Shown piece by piece: positions 9,617 through 19,994 of a stretch of DNA of 64,000 bases. The notes under the pieces are model-generated. The model was not told the origin of the DNA. It did no database searches and saw only the letters and a program-made list of their open reading frames with translations. Every line of letters begins with the position of its first letter. The first letter of the stretch is position 1. The stretch is taken from contig CAWDXG010000001.1 in NCBI GenBank assembly GCA_963806225.1, positions 1,408,001 to 1,472,000 on the forward strand. Reading direction: 5' to 3'. Origin of the DNA: an uncultured delta proteobacterium. Lineage in GTDB: Bacteria; Myxococcota_A; Polyangia; Polyangiales; Polyangiaceae. A program made the position numbers and the translations under genes.

Positions 9617-10081
9617 TCAGAACTTCCCGCTCACCGAGAGGAACGTGAGCTTGTCGGTCGTCTCGCGCAGCCGCGCGACGAGCATCCGCACGATGCTCCA
9701 GAGCACCTCGTAGGCCAGATCCTTGTGCAAAAAGAGCAGGTCGTCGAAGCCGTCCTTCGCGATCACCAGCAGCCGGCAGCGCTCGTGGACGCGCGCGTCG
9801 GCCGATCGCGGCGACTCGTCGAGCAGCGCCATCTCGCCGAACACCTGTCCGGGGCCCAGCACAGCCAGCGCTTCCTCGCCCATTCCAGGCACCTCGCGGC
9901 TGATGCGGACCTTGCCCTCGAGGATCAGGTACAACTTGTCGCCCGCGTCGCCGTGCTGGAAGATCTTCGTGCCCAGCGCGTGGCTCTCTTCGCTCGACAC
10001 CTTTGCGATAAGCTCGAGTGCCTCGGGCTTTAGCCCCGAGAACAGATCGATCCGGCCCAGCTGCTCCACACGCGTCTGCAT
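9617..10081 (-). CDS. Stand-alone cyclic nucleotide-binding domain protein
   Basis: cNMP-binding motifs 'IFQHGDAGDKLYLILEGKV' and 'FGEMALLDESPRSADA'. No HTH follows. Confidence 0.9.
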   Translation of the reverse strand: MQTRVEQLGRIDLFSGLKPEALELIAKVSSEESHALGTKIFQHGDAGDKLYLILEGKVRISREVPGMGEEALAVLGPGQVFGEMALLDESPRSADARVHERCRLLVIAKDGFDDLLFLHKDLAYEVLWSIVRMLVARLRETTDKLTFLSVSGKF

Positions 10082-10156
10082 GCAGTCCGGCACTCTAGCC
10101 GAAAGCCGCGCGGCCGGCCCAAGCCTTTGGCCTCGCGCAGGCCCGGACCCTGCCGG

Positions 10157-11059
10157 CTATCTCGTGAACCGCACTGTGATCGGCGGCGTCGTGCGCGAGA
10201 CGGGCTTGCCGTAGCGGTCCCGGCCCGATGTGTAGGTCTGCCGGAATGCGCACTGGCGTGCCAGACGCCCGAAGCCGTGGCCGGGGTCGTTCAGGACGCT
10301 GACCGACCGGGCCCGCCCCTCGGCCGTGACCGTGACCACGACGCGTACCACCGCGTAGTCGACCTGGTCCATGTCCGCCTCGGCCGGGAACCCGCAGCTC
10401 CAGTTGGTGGAGTTGGGTCGCGCGGGGCGGGAGAGATCCTTTGCAGGTGGCGGCGGAGCCTTGACGGGGGCCGTTCCCGTGCCGCCCGGTGTGCCGTTGG
10501 CACGGGCGTACGGGTTCCGCACCGCCGTCTTCGACGTGCCGTCCGATGCCGTGGTGCCGCCCGCGTACCGGTCGCCGTTGCCCGTGACGAAGCCCTGTCC
10601 GGTGAGGTCCAGGGGCTGATCCGGGTCGGGCGGGGCGGTCAGTATCTTGCCCGCCTGGGCCGCGGCCGGGGCAGGTGCCGGCGCGTCCTTCGGTGGCGGC
10701 GGCGTGTTCTCGGGGGGCAGCGGCGCGGTGGGCTCGGGGGCCGGCGCCTGGGGTGGGGGCGGTGGCGGTGGCGGCGGCTTCACTTCGATGTTGATCGTCG
10801 CGCGCAGCCGCTCGGCCACGTCCTCGCGGACCTGGCCCGCGAAGCTCTGGAGGTCGAAGAGCACGCTCAATCCCCGCGCCGCGAGCACTCCGTGCCCCAG
10901 CAGCGCACCCAGGAGCCCGATCACGATGCCGATGCGCATCTCCCGGCGTCCCAGGGACATGATGGGCGCGAACGGATCGCGCCTCGGCCGTCCATCCCGT
11001 TGCGTTGCACGGGCTCGGCTCGTGGCGCTCGGCGGACTGGAATCGGCGACCGTGGCCAT
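10157..11059 (-). CDS. TonB-family energy transducer
   Basis: One TM helix containing His, a Pro-rich spacer, and a C-terminal TonB_C-like domain 'VRVVVTV..EGRARSV..DPGHGFGRLARQC'. Downstream of exbD/exbB-like genes. Confidence 0.85.
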   Translation of the reverse strand: MATVADSSPPSATSRARATQRDGRPRRDPFAPIMSLGRREMRIGIVIGLLGALLGHGVLAARGLSVLFDLQSFAGQVREDVAERLRATINIEVKPPPPPPPPPQAPAPEPTAPLPPENTPPPPKDAPAPAPAAAQAGKILTAPPDPDQPLDLTGQGFVTGNGDRYAGGTTASDGTSKTAVRNPYARANGTPGGTGTAPVKAPPPPAKDLSRPARPNSTNWSCGFPAEADMDQVDYAVVRVVVTVTAEGRARSVSVLNDPGHGFGRLARQCAFRQTYTSGRDRYGKPVSRTTPPITVRFTR

Positions 11060-11066
11060 GACGAGG

Positions 11067-11513
11067 CTACTTCGGCTTGGTTCCCGTCGTGTCGACGGGC
11101 ACACCCTCCGTGGACGGCGTGACAGCGAAGGCGATCTTCGCCACGCCGTTGCGCTTCAGGAGGTCCAGCACGTGGATCACCCGTCCGTGTTCCACTTTGC
11201 GGTCGGCGCGGATGACCGCGCGGAGGTCCGGGTGTTCGCCGCGAGCCTGCTTGGCGAGCTTCCCGATCGCTTCGTCGCTCGGCACCTTCCTCGAATCGAC
11301 GCGCGTCTGGCCGTCGGCGGTGAGCTCCACCGAGAAGATGGTCTGGACGTTTTCCCCGCTGGCTGCCTTGGGTAGGTCCATCGGCATGCCCTGCGAGACG
11401 ATGATCTTGGCCGTCACCATGAAGATGATGAGCAGCACCAGCGTGACGTCCACCAGCGGCGTGACGTTGATGCCACTGATGAGGCCGTCGTCGTCGTCGC
11501 TCTGCCCCGCCAT
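11067..11513 (-). CDS. ExbD/TolR family biopolymer transporter
   Basis: Motifs 'INVTPLVDVTLVLLIIFMVT' and 'VIRADRKV.HG.V..VLD'. Confidence 0.95.
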   Translation of the reverse strand: MAGQSDDDDGLISGINVTPLVDVTLVLLIIFMVTAKIIVSQGMPMDLPKAASGENVQTIFSVELTADGQTRVDSRKVPSDEAIGKLAKQARGEHPDLRAVIRADRKVEHGRVIHVLDLLKRNGVAKIAFAVTPSTEGVPVDTTGTKPK

Positions 11514-11515
11514 GC

Positions 11516-12241
11516 CTAGTCCTCGTTGTCGTCGTCGGACCGGGAGCCCGGACGCTTGCTCTCGCGCCTTTCGGGTTCCGGTTCGCCGTTGTCCGTGGCC
11601 GTGAGATGGGCGAGCAGCACGCGGGTGAGCGCTTCGGTGTTGGCGAGGATCGCCTTCGACTTGCGCTGGAACACGTTGTACATGGCAACCGCCGGAATGG
11701 CGACGAACAGGCCCATCGCCGTGGCCACGAGCGCTTCGGCGATCGAGCCCATGACTTCCTGCGGCGCGGCCATGGCGGCGGACTGCGCCACCGCGCTGCC
11801 CTGCTTGCCTAGCGCCTCGAAGGCCTGCACGACGCCGATCACCGTGCCGAACAGCCCGATGAAGGGAGCGTTGTTGCCGAGGGTGCCCAGGTAGGCGAGC
11901 CGTCGCTCGAGCTTCATCCGCTCCAGTGCGGCCGCACCCTTCATCGCTTCCTCGGCCGACTGGGCACCGCGGTCGGCTTCCAGCAGACCGGCGGCGACTA
12001 CCGCCGCTTCGGCGCTAGGCGAAGCCTCGAGCAGGCGCCGCGCGCCCTCCATGTCCCCGTCGCGGAGCAGGACGCGGAGCTGCGAAGCCAGCCGGGCCAG
12101 ATCGTCGCGGAGCGACCAGTAGAACCACCCGCGTTCGAGCATGATGGCAACGGAGATCACGCTGAGGCCGACGAGGAGCCACATGACCCACCCCGCCCCG
12201 AAGTTGCTCATCAACCGCTGGAGCCACTGAACCAGATTCAT
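11516..12241 (-). CDS. MotA/TolQ/ExbB proton-channel family protein
   Basis: Motifs 'LGTLGNNAPFIGLFGTVIG' and 'IAEALVATAMGLFVAIPAV'. Confidence 0.95.
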   Translation of the reverse strand: MNLVQWLQRLMSNFGAGWVMWLLVGLSVISVAIMLERGWFYWSLRDDLARLASQLRVLLRDGDMEGARRLLEASPSAEAAVVAAGLLEADRGAQSAEEAMKGAAALERMKLERRLAYLGTLGNNAPFIGLFGTVIGVVQAFEALGKQGSAVAQSAAMAAPQEVMGSIAEALVATAMGLFVAIPAVAMYNVFQRKSKAILANTEALTRVLLAHLTATDNGEPEPERRESKRPGSRSDDDNED

Positions 12242-12488
12242 CTTGCAGGACCTCTTACCGTGGAACGCGCTGTTCGAATGGCGTGGTGCCGCCCGCTCTT
12301 CCCGGGCGGGGCGCGGGGCGCCAAGAGGGCCATTCGCCTAGCACAGATCCGCGCAGGTCGCCTAAGGCCACCCTCCTTGCCGTCAAGCCGTCAGGATGGC
12401 CGGCTGTTCCCGGACCCGGCGTTTTCCGGGGCGAAGCCGCCGCGCTCCGGGCTGCCCAGGGCAGCCCGGAGCGCGGCAGGATTGCCAG

Positions 12489-14357
12489 TTACGGCACCTT
12501 GCCGGTCGCGAGGAAGGCGTGCGCGACGCCGCCCTGTCGGGTATCGGCGAAGCCGGCCCACACCTCGCCCCCGGGCTTGACGTGCAGGGTGAAGTAGTCG
12601 CCGATGAAGGTCAGGTCGTTGCGGTCGGTCGTGATGTAGAAGGGCTTGTCGTTGATCGCCTCGTTCGGCGTGCACGTCGGGGGGCCGCTGGTGGCGGGCG
12701 TGCAGACCGTCAGGGCGATGTTCCCCTCGTAGGGGGCGAAACGTCCGTCGTACCAGGCGACGTACACCTTGTGCGTCGAGTGATCGACGGTGATGGCGGG
12801 ATGGAAGTTCGTGGCGCAACCGTCCGGCTCGTCGTTGACCTTCTCGTAGGTCCAGGTCTGTGCGTTGTCGGTGCTGGTCGCGAGCACGATGTCCCAGTCG
12901 CCGTCGGGTGCGCCCGTCACATACGCCACGTAGATGTTGCCGTTGTCCGTCGTAATGACGGGCTGCTCGAAAGGCACGGGCCAGCCGACCTTGCTGATCT
13001 GCTTCGGGGGCGTGCGCGTCTTTCCACCGTCTTCCGAGCGCGAATACAGGATCGCGTTCGAGGTCGAGCCGTGCTGCTCGGCGACGATCGATGCCACCAC
13101 CATGTGGACGACGCCGTTCGCGTCGACCGTCGGCGTGATCAGGTTCGTGTAGCTGCTGGCGCCGGCGCCTCCGAACACCGCCAGGCTGGTGTTGGGCGAG
13201 CCGGGGATCCCCCACGTCTTGCCGCCGTCGGTGGAGCGGATCAGTACCGTGGGATAGGCGTTGCTGCTGCGCGTCGCCAGATACGCCGCGTAGACGGCGT
13301 CCTGGCTCGGGTTCAGCTTGTCGGGGCCGACCGCGAGCCAGGGATGGTCGAGACAGGGCCCGGAACCAGGGCCGCCGAGCGAACCGGAGCAGTCGCTGTC
13401 CGGGTCGACCTTGACGCTGCTCCAGCTCTGACCGCCGTCCGTGGAGTGACCGACCACCAGCCACGCCATACTCGCCGATTGGTTCAGGCCGAGCGTGGAG
13501 TAGAAGAACGTGCCGTCCTTGTCCGCGACGATGTACGGGTCGCTGTAGTAGGACGCGCTCGCGTAGTGCGGCCCCGGGGCCTTCATGAAGCCCAGAGGCA
13601 GCTTCACGCCGGTCGCGTACATCGACGGGTTCTCGTAGCCGCTCTGCGTGATGGCGTTGGCGCCGGCCACGACCTGGTTCTTGGCGTTCTGGGCGAACGC
13701 GACCTCGTCGCTCGAGAAGGACGTGGTGTCCATCTGTTCCGAGGCGCCGAAGTGGCTGTGGTCGAGCAGTGTCGAGTAGTTCGGCTTGCCCGGATCGTTA
13801 TGCTGGAAGCACGCGATGCCCGCCCCGCGCGTGGCAATGAAGCCAGTGGGCGCACAGGCCATCTTGATGCTCTGGACGCCTACGTTGCGGCAGGCGTAGC
13901 CCTGCCGGCAGTCGGTCGGCTGGGTGCACGACTGCATGCAGCGGCCGTTGCCGAAGATGGCGCCTCCGCACACGCCGCCGAACGAGCTGCACATCGAGTC
14001 GCCCTGGCACTGCGCCGTGCAGTAGCCGCCCGGCCAGCGTCCCTGCTGGTTCGGATCATTCTGGCCCGTGTAGCAGCTGAGCCCGCTCTGGCAGCTGCTC
14101 GGATTGCCGCTCTGTCCGTCGCAGGCCGAGCCCAGCCCGGGAGACGAGGTGGCGTCGGGTGCAGCATCGGGCGGGGATGCGTCCGGAACCGGCTGGGCCA
14201 CGTCCTGCTGGGCATCCGAACCGCCGTCCTGGGGTGGCGGAACGATCCAGTTGTCGGAACCTGCGTCATGCGACGAGCTCGACTCGACGGTGCCCCCGCA
14301 GGCCGTGAGTAGAAGCGCCGCGGCAAGCAGCGAGAGGGGATTTTCGGGTCGAAGCAT
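12489..14357 (-). CDS. Lipoprotein with Cys-rich N-terminal module and BNR/Asp-box (sialidase-like) beta-propeller
   Basis: Lipobox LTAC. 'GGYCTAQC...CMQSCTQPTDCRQGYAC' Cys module. Asp boxes STDGGQSW, STDGGKTW, SEDGGKT and STDNAQTW. Confidence 0.8.
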   Translation of the reverse strand: MLRPENPLSLLAAALLLTACGGTVESSSSHDAGSDNWIVPPPQDGGSDAQQDVAQPVPDASPPDAAPDATSSPGLGSACDGQSGNPSSCQSGLSCYTGQNDPNQQGRWPGGYCTAQCQGDSMCSSFGGVCGGAIFGNGRCMQSCTQPTDCRQGYACRNVGVQSIKMACAPTGFIATRGAGIACFQHNDPGKPNYSTLLDHSHFGASEQMDTTSFSSDEVAFAQNAKNQVVAGANAITQSGYENPSMYATGVKLPLGFMKAPGPHYASASYYSDPYIVADKDGTFFYSTLGLNQSASMAWLVVGHSTDGGQSWSSVKVDPDSDCSGSLGGPGSGPCLDHPWLAVGPDKLNPSQDAVYAAYLATRSSNAYPTVLIRSTDGGKTWGIPGSPNTSLAVFGGAGASSYTNLITPTVDANGVVHMVVASIVAEQHGSTSNAILYSRSEDGGKTRTPPKQISKVGWPVPFEQPVITTDNGNIYVAYVTGAPDGDWDIVLATSTDNAQTWTYEKVNDEPDGCATNFHPAITVDHSTHKVYVAWYDGRFAPYEGNIALTVCTPATSGPPTCTPNEAINDKPFYITTDRNDLTFIGDYFTLHVKPGGEVWAGFADTRQGGVAHAFLATGKVP

Positions 14358-14475
14358 GAGTCACGCTTGTCGCGCCAACGCTGTCGCGTCAACCAGGAAC
14401 TGCGCCGGTGGCTGAGCGATACTTCAGCGCGGCGAGCAGTACCGGATTTTTCTCGGCTCCGCGGATCCCCGTGCG

Positions 14476-15966
14476 TCAGAGCTCGTGCGGCATCAGGTCG
14501 TGCGGCGAGCGGAAGAACTGCTGCGGCGAGTACGCCTCGAGGCACGACACGCGGCGCGTGTAGATGTCCGAGTAGGTGTCCACCTGCAGCCCGAACATGC
14601 TCATCTCGTTCTCTTCCTTGAGCAACGAGCCCCAGTACGGGTGGAAGCTGCGGTCGACGCGGTCGCCGATGATGGCGTACTCGCGCTCCAGTTCGCGCAG
14701 CTCGGTGCGGACCCGCTCCAGGGCGCGCTTGGTGCGGACCTTTTCGGCTTCCACGTCGACGCCGTTGTCGCTGCGCGCGCGGCACAGCTCCTTGAACCGC
14801 TGCTGGTAGAAGCGTAGCTCGTCCTCCAGCTTCTCGCGGGCCTCCTCCAGCCGTCGTTGCCGCGCCATGTCCGCGACGCACGATTCGTGCGCGGCGATCT
14901 CTGCGTCGAGCTCCTGGATGATCATCGCAGTGCGCCAGGACGATTCCTTCTTCGACCTCAGCATGTCGCCGTAGATGTGGTCGCCGACGTACAGCACGCT
15001 GGAGCCGGTGATGCCGGTCAGACGCTCGAATTCACGCAGATTGCCGCCTTCGTAGATCCTGCCGCGCTCGAGGTTGCCGCGCACGTTGCGGAGGACCTCG
15101 CCGTCGCGTTCCATGAGCGGCCGCCCCTCCTTGAACCACAGCGGCTTCTGCGCGGAGACGATCGCCACGTCGAAGTAGTGCTGCCACGACGGGTACTCGG
15201 GCATCGCCGAGCCGATCAGGTAGGTCATCATCTGGCCGGTGAAGGATGCCGGCGAGTTGGTGAGCAGGAACAGCTTCTTGCCGGCGGAGCGGAACTTGTG
15301 CAGCGTTCGAGCCAGCTCCGGATCGCGGTCGACGAAGCGCCCGAGGTCGGCGGTCACAACGCCGTAGACGGTGCCGTCGGCGTGGGCCTCGTCGATGCTG
15401 GCCCGCACGTCGGAAAACAGCTTGTCGTAGTCGATGCGATCGCCGCGGCGCTCCATCGCGTCCACGATCGCTGCATAGCTCGTGACTTCGCTCAGCCCGA
15501 ACAGCGTGTCGATCCAGTGGTAGCGGGACGTGTGCGGGCGGATGCGCTTGTGGTGGTAGAGCTCGATAATCTCGTCGCGCTCGAGCCGCCGCATGCCGTG
15601 GTAGCCCTTGTGGACCACCTTGTAGCGGTCCATTTTCAGGATGTGCCCGTAGCGCTTGTCGATCAGCAGGCCGCGGATCGGAAAGCGCGTGTCGTAGCTC
15701 AGCTTCTTGAGGTAGCGGGGGTAGCCGCGCTTGACCATGTTGGCTGCGGTAAGCTCGATGCTGAGCGCGTCCATGGCGGCCTGCTGGTAGATGGCCAGCG
15801 TGTAGTCCATGTCGAAGCCGATCCATTCGATCGTCGACATGCGCAGGTTCCGGTTGACGAAGACGCGCTCGGAGCGCGGGATGCCGACGCCGGCGGGCTT
15901 GTTGTCCACGACGCCGGGTATGGGCAGCACCAGCTGTCGGGGGTCGGGGGAGATTCGAAGCACCAT
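14476..15966 (-). CDS. HAD-IG family 5'-nucleotidase (cN-II-like)
   Basis: Motifs 'VFVNRNL', 'GFDMDYTLA', 'LFLLTNS', 'YVGDHIYGD' and 'WRTAMII'. Confidence 0.92.
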   Translation of the reverse strand: MVLRISPDPRQLVLPIPGVVDNKPAGVGIPRSERVFVNRNLRMSTIEWIGFDMDYTLAIYQQAAMDALSIELTAANMVKRGYPRYLKKLSYDTRFPIRGLLIDKRYGHILKMDRYKVVHKGYHGMRRLERDEIIELYHHKRIRPHTSRYHWIDTLFGLSEVTSYAAIVDAMERRGDRIDYDKLFSDVRASIDEAHADGTVYGVVTADLGRFVDRDPELARTLHKFRSAGKKLFLLTNSPASFTGQMMTYLIGSAMPEYPSWQHYFDVAIVSAQKPLWFKEGRPLMERDGEVLRNVRGNLERGRIYEGGNLREFERLTGITGSSVLYVGDHIYGDMLRSKKESSWRTAMIIQELDAEIAAHESCVADMARQRRLEEAREKLEDELRFYQQRFKELCRARSDNGVDVEAEKVRTKRALERVRTELRELEREYAIIGDRVDRSFHPYWGSLLKEENEMSMFGLQVDTYSDIYTRRVSCLEAYSPQQFFRSPHDLMPHEL

Positions 15967-16039
15967 TGTCGGGGGCTTCAAGCGTAGACGACACTGGGCG
16001 GATGCGCCATTTCGGTGCGGGAAGCGCTGTCCGGACGCG

Positions 16040-17110
16040 TCACGCAGGCCGCCGGACAACGCCGTGGCCCCGCGCCGACGGGTCGAGGCAGACCGCCGCG
16101 TCGCGCCAGCGCGCGCCGCCGGACAGGGGCGCATCCCGCATGAACAGCAGAGTATCCAGATCGACGAATGCGAATCCGCCGCTGCCGGCCGCCAGGCTGG
16201 CCGAGACGCTCATGGCCAGCTGCGACTCGACCATTCCGCCGACCATCAGTCCCAGGCCGGAGGCCCGCGCTGTCGCGATCATGTCCAACGCCTCCACTAC
16301 GCCGCATTTCATGATCTTGATGTTGACGACGTTGGCGGCGCGCTCGCGGACGATATCCGCGACGTTGGCGGCGCTGCGTGCGCTCTCGTCCGCCGCGACC
16401 GGGATGCCGGCGGCCTGCCGCACGCGGCGCAGGGCGGCGTGATCGCCCGCCGGTGTCGGTTGCTCGAACAACACGACGCGCTTCTGGTCGTCTCCGAGCG
16501 CGTCGAGCAGGGCGAGCGCCTCGTCGGCGGTCAGGCTGGCGTTGGCATCGAGCAGCAGGCTGGAGTGTGGCGCTGCCTCGAGGATGGCGCGCAGCCGTTC
16601 GATGTCGTCCGCGAGCGCGACGCCGCCCACCTTGATCTTGAGTGTGGAAAATCCGCGCGCTGTGGCGCGTTCCGCGCTCCGGCGTGCGTGCCCGGTCGAA
16701 CCGGTGGGGATCGTGATGTCCGTCCGGAGCTCGCGCTCGGCGCCCCCGAACCAGCTCCATAGGGAGATTCCGGCGCGGCGGCACAGCGCGTCGAAAAGAG
16801 CGCACTCCACGGCGCAGCGCGCGCTCGGCGCGGAGAGCTCGCGCAAGCCCGACGCTACGTGGCGCCAGCGCGCGGCATCGAGCCCGAGGACGAGGCTTGC
16901 CGCGTCGCCGAGGGCGGCGAGTGCGTCGGCTTGCGTCTCGCCGTTCACGGCGGGGAAGGGCGCTGCCTCGCCCAGGCCCGCGGTGCCGTCGTCGAGCTCG
17001 AGTGTGACCAGCAGGTTGGCCGCCGTGTGCTGCGAGCCGCCGGCGATACCGAACGGCTCCGAGAGCTCGATGTCGAGCGGTTCGGCCGACAGCTTCGCGA
17101 TCTCCACCAC
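16040..17110 (-). CDS. Dipeptide epimerase (L-Ala-D/L-Glu epimerase-like, enolase superfamily)
   Basis: Motifs 'GLGEAAP', KIKVG, 'LLDAN', EQP, 'VAADES', NIKIMK, and 'DLD' near the C-terminus. GTG start inferred. Confidence 0.88.
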   Translation of the reverse strand: MVEIAKLSAEPLDIELSEPFGIAGGSQHTAANLLVTLELDDGTAGLGEAAPFPAVNGETQADALAALGDAASLVLGLDAARWRHVASGLRELSAPSARCAVECALFDALCRRAGISLWSWFGGAERELRTDITIPTGSTGHARRSAERATARGFSTLKIKVGGVALADDIERLRAILEAAPHSSLLLDANASLTADEALALLDALGDDQKRVVLFEQPTPAGDHAALRRVRQAAGIPVAADESARSAANVADIVRERAANVVNIKIMKCGVVEALDMIATARASGLGLMVGGMVESQLAMSVSASLAAGSGGFAFVDLDTLLFMRDAPLSGGARWRDAAVCLDPSARGHGVVRRPA

Positions 17111-17164
17111 CGGACAAGAGCGTACAACAGGCAGCGGCGGCGTCGATGGGCTACCCTGCTTGCA

Positions 17165-17869
17165 ATGCTCCCCATCGCCGTCCTCGTCACCGGAAAGCCC
17201 GTTCCCGCCACGCTGGAGACGCGCGGCCCGTTCGGCGCGCTCATCCGCGAGGCTGCGCAGGGCGCCTGGCCTGGCGAGTGGCGCGATCTCGATTGCGAAG
17301 CGGACCAGGATCTGCCGCCGACGCGCTGCTTCTCCGCGCTGGTTGTCACGGGCTCGCCTGCCAGTCTGACCACGCGCGACCGCTGGATGCTGCGCACCGA
17401 GGCCTATCTCCGCCGCGCGGTGGCCGGCGGCACGCCCGTGTTCGGTATCTGTTTCGGGCACCAGATGCTTGCACAGGCACTGGGTGGCGACGTGCAGAAG
17501 AATCCGCGCGGCCGCGAGATGGGCAGCGTCGACCTCGAGCTGTCGAGCGACGACCCGCTCTTCGACGTGCCCGAGCGCCCGCTCCGCGTGAACATGTCGC
17601 ACGTCGACTCGGTGGCGCGCGCGCCCGCTGGTGCGCGCGTGCTGGCGCGCACCGCGCTCGAACCCAACGCCGCGCTACGTTTCGCAGAGCGCGTCTGGAG
17701 CGTGCAGTTCCACCCGGAGTTCGATGCCTCCGTCATGCGCCAGTACGTCGAGGCCCGCCGCGACATCATCGCCGGCGAAGGGCTCGATCCCGACGCCATG
17801 GAAGCCGCCGCTGACGACGCGCCGTTCGGGGCGGCGGTATTGCGGCGATTCCTCGCGATGCTCGGCTAG
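17165..17869 (+). CDS. Class I glutamine amidotransferase-like protein (stand-alone)
   Basis: Motifs 'VVTGS', nucleophile 'GICFGHQ', 'SHVD' and 'VQFHPE'. Confidence 0.92.
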   Translation: MLPIAVLVTGKPVPATLETRGPFGALIREAAQGAWPGEWRDLDCEADQDLPPTRCFSALVVTGSPASLTTRDRWMLRTEAYLRRAVAGGTPVFGICFGHQMLAQALGGDVQKNPRGREMGSVDLELSSDDPLFDVPERPLRVNMSHVDSVARAPAGARVLARTALEPNAALRFAERVWSVQFHPEFDASVMRQYVEARRDIIAGEGLDPDAMEAAADDAPFGAAVLRRFLAMLG

Positions 17870-18078
17870 GTCACCGGCCATGATCCGGGGGCAGGCGACG
17901 ATCAACCGACGGGCAGGCTTTTCACAGGAAGGCGCGAAGGAGCTCTTCACGGATCCGGGGACGCCTTTTTTGGGGGGGTCGAGAGTTGGGGCGCGGGGTG
18001 CGGCTCGTCCAGAGGGCGTACGCCGCTTGTTGCCGCAGGCGGCTCCTCGTTGTCGCCCGGGTGATACACTCGAGGGCG

Positions 18079-18615
18079 ATGCGGTCGTTGTGGGAGATCG
18101 CCGTGCTCGGCGCGTCCCTGCTGCCCATGCTGCCGGCGTGCGGGGCGCGCGCGGGGCTGTCTGGCGGCACGCTCGCCGACGCCGCGCCCGACGATGCGGG
18201 CTCGGGTGGAGCGCGCTTCGCTCTGCCGGACGCTTCGCCGGCGCCGTTCGACGCAAATCCGCCGGAACATGACGCGGCGTGCGTGCCGATGACCTGCGCC
18301 GAGTCGCTGTCCTATTTTTGCGACAAGGTCGGCTGCCCGCTGCACGCGTTCTCGCTCCAGTGGGGCGATGCAAGGTGGTGCACGATCGGAGCTGTGGCGG
18401 CCTCCGACGCGCAGGCCCAGGATTCGGGTGCATACTGGTTCTCGGTCGAGATCGACCACAACGGCGTCTCGGCGACGCTCCTCTACGACTACACCAGCGC
18501 GGACCTGGTGTTCGTGCTGGGACCGAACCAGACGTCGTGCCTCGCGGGCGAAATGCCGCCCGAGGCGCAGTGCCAGCTCATCATGTACACAGGCGTCGGA
18601 CTCGCCTGTCACTGA
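18079..18615 (+). CDS. Hypothetical Cys-containing lipoprotein
   Basis: Lipobox-like LPAC, an Asp/Ala-rich tether and several Cys. Confidence 0.55.
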   Translation: MRSLWEIAVLGASLLPMLPACGARAGLSGGTLADAAPDDAGSGGARFALPDASPAPFDANPPEHDAACVPMTCAESLSYFCDKVGCPLHAFSLQWGDARWCTIGAVAASDAQAQDSGAYWFSVEIDHNGVSATLLYDYTSADLVFVLGPNQTSCLAGEMPPEAQCQLIMYTGVGLACH

Positions 18616-18817
18616 TGGCGGGCGCCGCGCCGGGGGGGACCCTCGTGCGGGCGCAGGGCGGCTTGACGGTTTGTGCGGCGACGTGCCGCGGCGAGCTGCG
18701 CCGCGTTTCGCGGCGACGGCCGCCCGAGCACCGCGCGTGAGGGACCCCGCGCGCGCGCAGCGCAGCGAGCAGTGCGCGGGCGCTCACGCGACGAGCTGTG
18801 CCGGGGGAGCAGCCCCC

Positions 18818-19972
18818 CTACGCCACGTGCTCGACGAAGCCCGGCAGGCTCGCGAAGCGCGTGGTGTGGAACTGCTCGTCGCCGAACAGGGTGTTCAGGA
18901 TGTGCATGCGCTTGAAGTACAGGCCCACGTCGTGCTCGTCGGTGACGCCGATGCCGCCGTGCAGCTGGATGCCCTGACGCGTGACGAAGCCGCCGCCTTC
19001 CCAGAGCTGGCTCTTCGCGGCGCTGATGGCGCGCTGGCGCTCTTCGACGCTCGGGTCCTCGATCTTGAGCATGGCCATGATGGCCGTGCTCTTGGCGAGC
19101 TCCGTCTCGACGAACATGTCTACCGCGCGGTGCTGCAAGCGCCTGGAACGTGCCGATGGCAACGCCGAACTGCTTGCGCTCGGTGAGGTAGTTGCGCGTC
19201 ATCATGAGCACGGTCTGCATGTTGCCGTAGCCCTCCGCAGCACGCGGCCGCCGCGCCGTAGTCCATGGCGTGCTCGAGCACGGCTGCGGCCTTGCCCTCC
19301 TCGCCGAGCAGGCGGTCCTTGCCGACGATCACGCCGTCGAGGTTCACGAGCGCCGCCTTGTGCCCATCCATGCAGTCGACGCGCTGGATCTCCAGCCCCG
19401 GCATGCCCGGATCGACCACGAACAGCGACACGCCGTCGCGATCCCGGTCGCCGCCGCTGGTGCGCGCGCTGACGACGATGTGATCGGCGGCGTGGCCATC
19501 GAGGACCCAGCGCTTCTTGCCGCTGAGCTGGTAGTCGCCGCCGTTCTTCTTCGCCTGCGTCTTCACGTCGCAGACGTTGTGGCGGCTCTGCTCCTCGTCT
19601 TGCGGCCAGGGCGAGGCACTGGTCGCCCGCGACGGCGGGCGCGAGGAACTGCTCCTGCTGTCCGGCGTCGCCAGCGTGGAGCAGCAGCGAGCCTGCCACG
19701 ATGTGCGGGATCATCGGTTCCGGCACCAGCGTGGTGCCGAGCTGCTCGAGGATGAGACCGGCCTCGACGAAGCTCATGCCGAGCCCGCCGACGCTCTCGG
19801 GGAACATCACGCCGAGCCAGCCGAGCTCGCCCATCTGCTTCCACACTTCCTTGTCCCAGCCGAGCTCGGTGTCGCGCAGCTTGCGGAAGCGCTCGACCGG
19901 CGAGTCCTTCTTCACGAAGGCCTGCACCGTGTCCACCAGCATCTTCTGGTCGTCGGAAAGATCGAATTCCAT
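18818..19972 (-). CDS. Acyl-CoA dehydrogenase (short partner subunit type), three apparent +1 frameshifts
   Basis: Motifs 'WKQMGELGWLG', 'LSGKKRWV', 'ERKQFGVAIGTFQAL' and 'IQLHGGIG' are spread over frames. Breaks lie near 19604, 19239 and 19137. Confidence 0.88.
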
Positions 19973-19994
19973 TGTCCTACCTCTCTGGCTTCCG

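Noticed and set aside
10157..12241. Assignment as Agl/Glt gliding motor genes
   Set aside because: Family motifs alone cannot separate Agl, Tol and Exb paralogs, and no Glt-specific genes were recognised nearby.
17925..17980. Possible structured RNA or terminator ending in T7-G7
   Set aside because: Pairing is short and interrupted, and I recognise no RNA family motif.
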